DNA of 10,208 nt from an uncultured Deinococcales bacterium (GCA_964244895.1 CAXTKV010000189.1:1-10208); one strand, 5' to 3'. Numbered from the stretch's first letter, positions 1-9,136 are shown. Numbers and translations: made by a program. The notes: generated by a model from the sequence alone, not told the origin.

Positions 1-468
1 TACTACTACGCGTCCAACGATGGCACGTACAACATCTGGTACAACCGTCTGGGGCAGGACCTCTTCGAGTCCAACACGAACGACGACGTTCCCCGCGCGG
101 CTCGAGCCTACGCGCTTTTAAGCATCGCCAATCTGGATTCGCTGATCGCCTGCTGGGAGGCCAAGTTCACCTACATGCAGGTTCGGCCCTGGACGATTGA
201 TCCGAGCATCAACACGCTGTTCAAGCCCGTCCACCCGAGCTACCCTTCGGGCCACGCCTGCAGCTCGAGCGCGTTCGCGGAGATCATCGCGTATCTCTTC
301 CCAGAGGACGCAAGCCCCATCCGGGCGAAGGCCATAGAGGCGGCGGACTCGAGGATCACGGCGGGGATTCACTTTAAAAGCGACGCCGTTTCGGGCCTCA
401 AGCTGGGGCAAGACGTTGCTGGTGCGGTGATCGAACGTGCTAAAGCGGATGGTGCGGACTCGAGGTAA
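1..468 (+). CDS. PAP2-superfamily protein, vanadium-dependent haloperoxidase-like (5'-truncated by window edge)
   Basis: Frame 1 is open from base 1 to TAA at 466-468 (YYYASNDG...ARAYALLSIANLDSLIACWEAKFTYMQVRP...HPSYPSGH...SRITAGIHFKSD...). All three PAP2/VHPO motifs are present: K-x6-RP, PSGH and SR-x5-H. The 175..468 track ORF is only its C-terminal part. Confidence 0.85.
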   Translation, partial: YYYASNDGTYNIWYNRLGQDLFESNTNDDVPRAARAYALLSIANLDSLIACWEAKFTYMQVRPWTIDPSINTLFKPVHPSYPSGHACSSSAFAEIIAYLFPEDASPIRAKAIEAADSRITAGIHFKSDAVSGLKLGQDVAGAVIERAKADGADSR

Positions 469-617
469 GTGCAAGAACGCTGAACTTCGTTGGTGTCCAC
501 ACGTCTGGGAAGCTCGAGAAACTCAGGAATCACCATGATTACCCACTTGAAATGGATGACAACGAAGGCTCGAGACGACGGGTGAACTCGAGCAATCCTC
601 AAGGTTCGATCCACACA

Positions 618-663
618 GAACACCGTCCCAGACGCGTATTTAATCTTGCATCTGGGACGGTGT
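618..663. repeat. REP-like palindromic element, copy 1 (between convergent PAP2 gene and sdhB; may act as sdh terminator or mRNA stabiliser)
   Basis: ACACCGTCCCAGA (620-632) is the perfect reverse complement of TCTGGGACGGTGT (651-663). The layout is 9+8+10+8+9 nt with an AT-rich loop, 15 nt past the sdhB stop. Confidence 0.8.
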
Positions 664-678
664 CCTCGTATATCGCGT

Positions 679-1377
<699 letters not shown>

Positions 1378-1392
1378 GTGGCTCCTCGAGAG

Positions 1393-1458
1393 AAGGTGAA
1401 AGGAAAAAGGTTAAAGGTCAACGCAACGACTTTTGGCTTTCACCTTTTGCCTTTTACC
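1393..1458. repeat. Inverted pair of heptamer tandem arrays (4 x AAGGNNA / 4 x CTTTNNN) forming a long hairpin between sdhA and sdhB
   Basis: AAGGTGA AAGGAAA AAGGTTA AAGGTCA (1393-1420), a 9-nt spacer, then CTTTTGG CTTTCAC CTTTTGC CTTTTAC (1430-1457). The arms are complementary over about 22 bp with 3 mismatches. Confidence 0.8.
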
Positions 1459-3212
<1,754 letters not shown>

Positions 3213-3216
<4 letters not shown>

Positions 3217-3620
3217 TTCAGCAACTCCTTCGGCACGGGCGTATAAAACAGGGCCAGCGCCCCGAACGCCAGGATCGCGATGATGACGGTGTAGGCGATG
3301 GTTTTGACCCAGAAGCCCCGGCGCGGGTTCTTGGCGGTCATGTCGTCCATCACGTAGCGCAGACCGTTCGTGCCGTGCAGCGTGCCCAGCGCCAGCAGCG
3401 CGAACAGGTACAGGCGCTCAGAAATTTCCGCGTACTGGTACCTGACCGAATCGTAATCCCACGACAGCTCGCTGGTCACGATGTAATTCTTAAAGAGGTG
3501 AAAAAAGGTCAGCACGATCAGGAACACGCCGCTGACGCGCATGAAGACCCACCAGGCGAGTTCCGGGTTGGATCGGGCCTGACTTCTGGCGTCCTTGAAG
3601 GTGCGGGCGCGGATGGCCAT
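3213..3620 (-). CDS. sdhD: Succinate dehydrogenase hydrophobic membrane anchor subunit
   Basis: Start reassigned to ATG 3620 (MAIRART...), just after the sdhC stop and preceded by GGAGG. Three hydrophobic segments; WVFMRVSG, FFHL and LHGTNGLR heme-ligand motifs; operon position fits. Confidence 0.9.
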
Positions 3621-3621
3621 T

Positions 3622-3978
3622 TCAGTAGCCTCCCAGAATGCGCGGGACGTTGTAGTACAGGCCATACGCTACGGCGATCACGGAAATGCCCAGCACGCCG
3701 TACCAGAGTTGGCGCTGGTATTTGACACCCCAGTCGGTGAAGTCCATCAATATGATCCGCAGTCCGTTGAAGGCGTGGTACGCGACCGCGCCCGCGACGC
3801 CGATCAATCCCAGGCGGAACAGCACGAAGTCATAAATCTTGTGGATGGACATGTAGGCCTGTTCGCCGAGCATCACGGAACCGATCGAGACGGTGTGCAG
3901 CAGCAAGTACAGCAGGAGCGCCACACCGGAGATGCGATGCAGCAAAAAGGCCCATTGACCCTCTTTACCTCGGTACAT
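3622..3978 (-). CDS. sdhC: Succinate dehydrogenase cytochrome b subunit
   Basis: Start reassigned to ATG 3978 (MYRGKEGQWAFLLHRISG...) with RBS AAGGAGG at 3984-3990. LHRISG, LLLH and YHAFNGLR motifs; three transmembrane segments. Confidence 0.93.
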   Translation of the reverse strand: MYRGKEGQWAFLLHRISGVALLLYLLLHTVSIGSVMLGEQAYMSIHKIYDFVLFRLGLIGVAGAVAYHAFNGLRIILMDFTDWGVKYQRQLWYGVLGISVIAVAYGLYYNVPRILGGY

Positions 3979-3988
3979 CCTCGCCTCC

Positions 3989-4003
3989 TTTAACCTGGTT
4001 AAA
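3989..4003. promoter_or_regulatory. Perfect palindrome TTTAACC-T-GGTTAAA, candidate operator of sdhCDAB
   Basis: A 7-1-7 perfect AT-rich inverted repeat between the predicted -10 element and the sdhC RBS, overlapping the edge of the RBS. Confidence 0.55.
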
Positions 4004-4013
4004 CATTTGCTCG

Positions 4014-4022
4014 AGTGTAGCA
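4014..4022 (-). promoter_or_regulatory. Putative extended -10 promoter of sdhCDAB (TGcTACACT)
   Basis: The minus strand reads TGCTACACT, i.e. TGn + TAnnnT, about 35 nt upstream of the sdhC ATG. Confidence 0.55.
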
Positions 4023-4027
4023 CGCTC

Positions 4028-4044
4028 CGCGCTGGACTGTGTTC
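4028..4044. repeat. Single arm of the REP-like element
   Basis: CGCGCTGGACTGTGTTC versus the copy-3 right arm CGTGCTGGACGGTGTTC: 15 of 17 identical. Confidence 0.55.
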
Positions 4045-4643
4045 TCTACGCTTTCTTCTGGCGAATCAGGTGCACGCACGCGCCCAGAAATCTTAACGCC
4101 CCAATCGCCTGCAGGTTCGCGATTCGATGGAACAGCGTTCCTCACCCGAGAAGCCAACCAGGCTCGAGGGCATCGGGCGCATCGAGGCACGATGTTCGAG
4201 TGCCGATCAGGCCGTCTGAGACGATGTATTTTGCTCGAGAAATCAATGAACCTCTTGCGAAGTTGGTCTCGGGAACGCGTTGACGCGAGGGCAACCATGA
4301 AGGTTCCCCCTACACAACAGGCTTTTGTAGCCCTCGAGACGTGTTCGACCCTTTCGCAGGAGGTCTCGTTTACGACGCGCTGGGCGGTCTCTCTGACCTC
4401 TGGTTCTGCTGATTCCTCGAAGCCCACGGCGCAGCGCGAAACATCGCGCGCAAGAACCCTCGTTGCAGAGCAAAAAATCTCGATAGGAGAGTCACGAAAC
4501 CATCTCGAGTTTCGCTCGGAGTGATTCACAAAGGCAATCGGCAACGCTTGAACCTCGTGTTCACAAGCATCACCGAATCGAATTCGAACGCGGGCGATAT
4601 CGGACGATCAAAAGCGCCAAAAAGCGTGTGTGACAGAATATTC

Positions 4644-4671
4644 TTGACAGAACGAGAGCCATCAGTATAAT
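4644..4671 (+). promoter_or_regulatory. Consensus sigma-70/SigA promoter of speD
   Basis: TTGACA (4644-4649), a 16-nt spacer, then TATAAT (4666-4671). Both hexamers are perfect. Confidence 0.85.
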
Positions 4672-4676
4672 TGCTC

Positions 4677-4758
4677 TCGCTCTTTTGGAACGCACCTTCC
4701 AGATAAGGCGATAGCTGCGCTCAGGATCTCGGGGTTGGTGCGAGAGGAGGAAAGCGAA
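4677..4758 (+). promoter_or_regulatory. Structured ~80-nt 5' leader of speD (candidate cis-regulatory RNA)
   Basis: Nested pairings CGCACC 4691-4696/GGTGCG 4737-4742, TTCC/GGGG, AGAT/ATCT and GCG/CGC end right at the SD (AGGAGG 4745-4750). TCGCT 4677-4681 can pair with AGCGA 4753-4757. Confidence 0.4.
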
Positions 4759-5202
4759 TTGGAACTCTTCGGGTTCGGTCCGCACTTGATGATCGACGGA
4801 TTTCACGCCGATACAGACAGGCTCGATGATCTCGAATTCATCCGGGCGACTCTGGATGCCCTGCCGAACGAGATGGGCATGACCAAGATCATGCCGCCGC
4901 ACGTCACGCGCTACCGGGGAACTTCGTCGGACGAGGCGGGGCTAACGGGCGTGGTCATGATCGCGGAATCGCACATCACGATCCACACCTTTCCGCACAA
5001 GCGTTTCCTCTGCGTGGACGTGTTCAGTTGCAAGGATTTCGATGCGGCCAGGGCCATCGCGCGCCTGGTGCAGGCCTTCGATATCGGGCGTTACGACACG
5101 TTTTTCTTCAATCGAGGCAAGGAATTCCCGCACGATCTGGACGCTGCCGTAAAGATTCTGGCTGGTGAACGCGATTACATCGAGGCGAGAATCCCGGCCT
5201 GA
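4759..5202 (+). CDS. speD: S-adenosylmethionine decarboxylase proenzyme (pyruvoyl-dependent)
   Basis: Start reassigned to TTG 4759, 8 nt after AGGAGG (MELFGFGPHLMIDG...). GLTGVVMIAE-SHITIHTFP autocleavage motif and VDVFSCK motif. The sequence resembles Thermus-type SpeD. Confidence 0.9.
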   Translation: MELFGFGPHLMIDGFHADTDRLDDLEFIRATLDALPNEMGMTKIMPPHVTRYRGTSSDEAGLTGVVMIAESHITIHTFPHKRFLCVDVFSCKDFDAARAIARLVQAFDIGRYDTFFFNRGKEFPHDLDAAVKILAGERDYIEARIPA

Positions 5203-5221
5203 AATGAATTTCTCGACCATC

Positions 5222-5245
5222 AGCCCCGGCCAAGCCGGGGTTTTT
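5222..5245 (+). terminator. Rho-independent terminator of speD
   Basis: CCCCGGC-CAA-GCCGGGG stem-loop followed by TTTTT, about 20 nt after the speD stop. Confidence 0.85.
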
Positions 5246-5260
5246 CGTTGGCGATCACCC

Positions 5261-5315
5261 AAACCATCCAGAGCGTGTCACTCGAGAATGACAAAATCTT
5301 GTGCTGCACGGTGTT
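5261..5315. repeat. Degenerate, lengthened copy of the REP-like element
   Basis: Left arm AAACCATCCAG and right arm GTGCTGCACGGTGTT each differ from the consensus by 1-2 bases. The interior is about 10 nt longer and contains TGTCA-CTCGAGAA-TGACA. Confidence 0.45.
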
Positions 5316-5410
5316 TCAGGCCCTACTGGTCGGCGTCGAGCGTGTCAGACTTGAACTCTGGTCGCCGCGAGTGAACGGGGTGCGCAACCGAGAGGTCCGA
5401 AGCGCACCGC

Positions 5411-5416
5411 TATAAT
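5411..5416 (+). promoter_or_regulatory. -10 element of the M16 peptidase operon
   Basis: Perfect TATAAT 23 nt upstream of ATG 5440, with RBS-like GGGAGA at 5431-5436. No clear -35. Confidence 0.6.
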
Positions 5417-5439
5417 CGTCGGGCTTTCAAGGGAGAGAC

Positions 5440-6684
5440 ATGATCGAATCAATCGCGCTCGAGAACGGTCTGACGCTGATCGCGGAGCTTCAAGCGTGGC
5501 AGCCGGGCGTGTCCTTCGAGCTTCAACTTCCGCTCGGCGCGGCCACCGAGCCCGAGGAGACGCGCGGTGTGACGACCGTGCTCGAGGACTGGATGTACCG
5601 GGGCGCGAGATCGCGGTCGGGTCGCGTGCGGGACTCGCGGCAACTTTCGGAAGCGCTCGACGATCTGGGCGTGCGGCGCGGCGGCGGGGCGGGCGTGGAA
5701 GGCACGGGCTTCAGCGGTGCGCTCCTCTCGAGCGACCTGCACGTGGCGCTCGAGCTGTACGCCGATATCGTGCGCCGCCCACTTTTGCTGGACGAGGAAT
5801 TCGCGCCGTGCGTGGAACTGGCGCGACAGGAACTGGAATCCTTGGATGATTCACCCGCCCAGAAAATGTTCATCGCGCTGCGCGAGCGTTTCGTGACCAC
5901 GCCCCAGGGTCGGTCTTCGATGGGCACGCTGGACGGGCTGGAGCGGTTGACGCCCGCAATCGTGCGATCCGATCACGCCGCGCGCTTCGGGGCTCGCGGG
6001 GCGATCCTGGGCGTGGCGGGCGGCCTCGAGTGGAACGCGTTGGTTCAGACAGCGACCGAACTCTTCGGCGATTGGCAGGGAGCCGCCCCGGCCCTGGAAC
6101 CACCGAAGATGCGCGGCGGATTCTACGAGCACATCACCCAGGACACCGCCCAGGAACAGATCGGATTGATGTACCCCGACCTCGCGCCGGGCGATCCGGG
6201 CTGGTACGCATCGCGGCTCTCGATCATGGTCTTATCCGGCGTCGGGGCGTCCAGCCGCCTCTACGACGAGGTTCGCGAGAAGCGCGGTTTGGTCTATTCG
6301 GTCAGCGCCTCGAGCTCGCAAGTGCGCGGCGGCGGTTGGGTCAGCGCCTACGCGGGCACGTCACCGGATCGCGCGCAGGAGACCCTGGAGGTGATGCTCG
6401 AGGAATTCAGCCGCATGCGCCACGGCGTGCGCGAGGACGAACTCGAGCGCGCCAAGACGGGCCTGCTGACCAGCCTGGTGATGAGCGAGGAATCCTCAGG
6501 CGCGAGGGCTCGCGGGCTGGTGCGCGATCAGTCGCTGCTGGGTCGCGTGCGAAGCCTGGAAGAAATCACGCGAGCCGTGCAGGCCGTCACGCTGGCCGAA
6601 TTGAACGCCTGGCTCGAGGCGAACCCGTACACCGATCCTGGGGTCATGACCTTGGGGCCAAAGGCGCTCGAGATGCCGCAGTAA
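5440..6684 (+). CDS. M16B (pitrilysin/insulinase family) peptidase, subunit lacking the zinc motif
   Basis: LENGLTLI N-terminus, SSRLYDEVREKRGLVYSV (conserved R/Y pair) and ELERAK. The HXXEH position reads TVLED, so the zinc ligands are absent. Confidence 0.9.
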   Translation: MIESIALENGLTLIAELQAWQPGVSFELQLPLGAATEPEETRGVTTVLEDWMYRGARSRSGRVRDSRQLSEALDDLGVRRGGGAGVEGTGFSGALLSSDLHVALELYADIVRRPLLLDEEFAPCVELARQELESLDDSPAQKMFIALRERFVTTPQGRSSMGTLDGLERLTPAIVRSDHAARFGARGAILGVAGGLEWNALVQTATELFGDWQGAAPALEPPKMRGGFYEHITQDTAQEQIGLMYPDLAPGDPGWYASRLSIMVLSGVGASSRLYDEVREKRGLVYSVSASSSQVRGGGWVSAYAGTSPDRAQETLEVMLEEFSRMRHGVREDELERAKTGLLTSLVMSEESSGARARGLVRDQSLLGRVRSLEEITRAVQAVTLAELNAWLEANPYTDPGVMTLGPKALEMPQ

Positions 6685-6691
6685 ACCGCGA

Positions 6692-6737
6692 AGACCGTCC
6701 AGCACGCGAGTTTAGGACACCGTCCTGGACGGTGTTC
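6692..6737. repeat. REP-like palindromic element, copy 2 (between the two M16 genes)
   Basis: AGACCGTCC AGCACGCG AGTTTAGGAC ACCGTCCT GGACGGTGT TC, with the same 44-nt layout. It also contains an internal perfect palindrome ACACCGTCC-T-GGACGGTGT (6717-6735). Confidence 0.75.
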
Positions 6738-6754
6738 CCCGCAAAGGAGCACGA

Positions 6755-7984
6755 ATGGAGTTCCTACAGACCACGCTAGAAAACGGCTTGACCGTGATCG
6801 GTGAACGCAACCCGCAGACCAAAAGCCTGGCGCTCGGTTACTTCGTGCGCACGGGTTCCAGGGACGAAAGCGCCGATGTCAGCGGCGTCAGTCACTTCCT
6901 GGAGCACATGATGTTCAAGGGCAACCAGCGCTTCAGCCCGCAGGACATCAACCGCGAATTCGACCGCATCGGCGCGAAATACAACGCCTTCACCAGCGAG
7001 GAAGTCACCGCCTACCACGGCGCGGTGCTGCCCGAACGCCAGATGGAACTCCTCGAGATCCTGACCAACCTGATGCGCCCCAGTTTGCGCCAGGAAGATT
7101 TCGACATCGAAAAAAACGTGATCTTAGAAGAAATCGAGATGTACAAGGATCGGCCCAGCTTCGAGGTGTTCGACGCGCTGCGCCCGCTGTACTTTCGCGA
7201 TCACCCGCTCGGGAACAGCATCCTGGGATCATCGCAGAACATCCAGTCCCTGACCCGCGATGCGATGCTCTCCTACTTCGAGCGGCGGTACGCGCCGAAC
7301 AATTTGCTCTTGTCCGCGACGGGGAACTTCGACTGGGACGCGGTGCTGGCGCAAGCTTCAAGTTTGACCGCCGACTGGCTTCCGGCGCAGGGTGGGCGGA
7401 ACTACCCGGATTTTGTGCCGCACCCGAAGCTCGAGGTGATCTCCACCAGCAAGTTCAACCGCACGCACCTGGCCGCCATGTGCCCCGGTTACGCCAGCCA
7501 GGACCCCAGACGCTTCGCCGCCGGGGTGTTGGGCCTGGCCATCGGCGACAGCGACGGCTCGAGGATGTACTGGGCGCTGGTGGACAACGGCCTGGCGGAC
7601 AGCGCGAACCTCGATCACACCGCAGAGGATCGCCTGGGCAACTTCAGCATTTACGCCTCCTGCAATCCCGAACGCAGCCAGGAAGTGCTGGACGGCGTGC
7701 GCACCGTGCTGGCGGACGCCCAACGGGACGGCCTCACCTCCGACGAACTCGAGCGCGCCAAACGCAAGCTGGCGGTCGGACTGACCCTTCGCGCCGAGAC
7801 GCCCTACGGGCAGCTCTTTCCGCTCGGGCTCGAGTACCTGGATTTGAGCGAGTACAAGAGCCTCAAAGACACCGTCCAGGCCGTCACTGACGTGACATTG
7901 GAAGATGTCAACGCGATGCTGGCGGAGCGTCCCTTCGATCAGTTGACGACCGTTGCGCTCGGGCCGATCACCAGTCTGAATTAG
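6755..7984 (+). CDS. M16B zinc peptidase, catalytic subunit
   Basis: LENGLTVI, GSRDE, inverted zinc motif HFLEH, NAFTS, EKNVILEE (third ligand Glu), HPLG...ILG and YAPNN. RBS AAGGAG at 6744-6749. Confidence 0.93.
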   Translation: MEFLQTTLENGLTVIGERNPQTKSLALGYFVRTGSRDESADVSGVSHFLEHMMFKGNQRFSPQDINREFDRIGAKYNAFTSEEVTAYHGAVLPERQMELLEILTNLMRPSLRQEDFDIEKNVILEEIEMYKDRPSFEVFDALRPLYFRDHPLGNSILGSSQNIQSLTRDAMLSYFERRYAPNNLLLSATGNFDWDAVLAQASSLTADWLPAQGGRNYPDFVPHPKLEVISTSKFNRTHLAAMCPGYASQDPRRFAAGVLGLAIGDSDGSRMYWALVDNGLADSANLDHTAEDRLGNFSIYASCNPERSQEVLDGVRTVLADAQRDGLTSDELERAKRKLAVGLTLRAETPYGQLFPLGLEYLDLSEYKSLKDTVQAVTDVTLEDVNAMLAERPFDQLTTVALGPITSLN

Positions 7985-7986
7985 CA

Positions 7987-8032
7987 GCACCGTCCAGCGC
8001 GCAGTTTAGAATATGCGTGCTGGACGGTGTTC
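7987..8032. repeat. REP-like palindromic element, copy 3 (best preserved; immediately after the M16 stop)
   Basis: CACCGTCCAGCGCGCA (7988-8003) pairs with TGCGTGCTGGACGGTG (8014-8029) as a 16-bp stem with one G-T pair. The 10-nt loop is GTTTAGAATA. Confidence 0.85.
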
Positions 8033-8106
8033 TGGTCGTTCTGGCTCGAGCCATACGCTAATCTCGAAGCGCACCTCTTTGGCCCAAATCGTGCCAGAAT
8101 TGAAGC

Positions 8107-9000
8107 ATGCGACTGCGTATTTTGATGGTTCGGCGTGCGGTTTTCGGGCTGATCGTCTCCTCTGCCCTCGCGCTCGCGGTGCAGGCATCCGGCGCGAAGC
8201 CCGACGCGCTCGAGACCCCGATGCTCGAGCAGACGGGCGCACCATCGACGTTCGGCACGGTGATCCTGCCGCCCGCTTACGACCCGACCAAAAGCTACCC
8301 GGTCGTGTTTTTCCTGCCCGCCTCGGGCGCGACCTCTGCGGCGCTGCTGGAAAACTACCTCTGGGACATCGACGGCGGCGCGGCGCTGTCCGAACCGCGC
8401 GAAGCGCAACTGGCCGCCTTGGTCAAGAGCCTGTTCCCGACGGGTGCGCACCCCGGTCACGATTTCGTGCTCGTGCTGACGGCGGGGCAGGGAAGCTCCA
8501 AGGATTACAGCACCAGCGACGCCTGGAATAAAACCCTGGATCGGTACGAGAAAGCGATCACCGCCGATCTCTCGAGCATCGGCAAAACCCGCAAGATCGA
8601 TGCCTCGCGCACCGTCGTGGCGGGCTTCTCGTTGGGTGCGGACATCGCCTGGGCGCTGGCCCTGCGCAACCCGACAAAATTGCACGGCGCCATCGTCATG
8701 AGCAGCCGCGCCAGCTACCGCGCGCCCGCCAGCGCGAACGCGAGCCTGGTCAAGGCCAGACCGCGTTTTTACCTGACGATCGGCAGCACCGAGGACGCCA
8801 CCCGAGTCGCGGGCGCGCGTTCGGCAGTGCAATTCCTGAAGGGGATCGGCGTCTCGAACCTTTTTTGCGAGATCACCGGGGCGAATCACGCGTCCGCGCC
8901 GCCGGAAGTCTTCGCCGAAGCGCTCGATTACCTGCTGGCGATTCCCGGTAGCCTTCCCGCACCGACCAAACCCGCCAGCAAGCTCTGCCGCGCGAGTTGA
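8107..9000 (+). CDS. Putative exported alpha/beta-hydrolase (esterase-like)
   Basis: Basic plus hydrophobic signal-peptide-like N-terminus (RRAVFGLIVSSALALAVQA), LPPAYDPTKSYPVVFFL, nucleophile elbow GFSLG, candidate Asp (GSTED) and His (GANH). The start could be 8107 or 8125. Confidence 0.75.
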   Translation: MRLRILMVRRAVFGLIVSSALALAVQASGAKPDALETPMLEQTGAPSTFGTVILPPAYDPTKSYPVVFFLPASGATSAALLENYLWDIDGGAALSEPREAQLAALVKSLFPTGAHPGHDFVLVLTAGQGSSKDYSTSDAWNKTLDRYEKAITADLSSIGKTRKIDASRTVVAGFSLGADIAWALALRNPTKLHGAIVMSSRASYRAPASANASLVKARPRFYLTIGSTEDATRVAGARSAVQFLKGIGVSNLFCEITGANHASAPPEVFAEALDYLLAIPGSLPAPTKPASKLCRAS

Positions 9001-9084
9001 CTCGAGAGACGCTCCCTGGATGATCCGCTCGAGTCGTGCCAAAAGACTTTCGAGTACCGCGCCAAACCGGATTCAGGATCAAAA

Positions 9085-9128
9085 ACACCGTCCAGGACGC
9101 AATTCAGGATATGCGTGCCGAACGGTAT
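9085..9128. repeat. REP-like palindromic element, copy 4 (degenerate right arm)
   Basis: ACACCGTCC AGGACGCA ATTCAGGATA TGCGTGCC GAACGGTAT, with the same 9+8+10+8+9 layout. It ends 8 nt before the Uma2 -10 element. Confidence 0.75.
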
Positions 9129-9136
9129 CCCTGCGC

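Noticed and set aside
535..585. 16-codon ORF MITHLKWMTTKARDDG preceded by AGGA
   Set aside because: Too short, weak SD and no recognisable feature. Cannot be told apart from chance.
4260..4420. Possible SAM-I or other known riboswitch (GGCAACC...GGTTCC) upstream of speD
   Set aside because: The other SAM-I consensus elements are missing, and the segment lies upstream of the speD promoter, so it would not be in that transcript.
3999..4544. ORFs 3999..4544 (-) and 4039..4524 (+) as real genes
   Set aside because: Ser/Arg-rich low-information translations, no GC3 bias and no RBS, and they overlap the sdh promoter region. Kept only as an unexplained-region finding.
3620..4758. ORF-track starts for sdhD (3665), sdhC (4023) and speD (4735)
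   Set aside because: The downstream starts at 3620, 3978 and 4759 have well-spaced SD sequences and family-typical N-termini. The longer versions overlap neighbouring genes, promoters or the SD.
8999..9035. GACTCGAG...CTCGAGTC hairpin after the hydrolase stop as a terminator
   Set aside because: The pairing comes mostly from two copies of the abundant self-complementary CTCGAG. The loop is 21 nt and there is no U-tract.
7358..9042. Minus-strand ORFs 7358..7990 and 7981..9042
   Set aside because: Antisense shadows of the M16 peptidase and the alpha/beta-hydrolase, which carry the real motifs.
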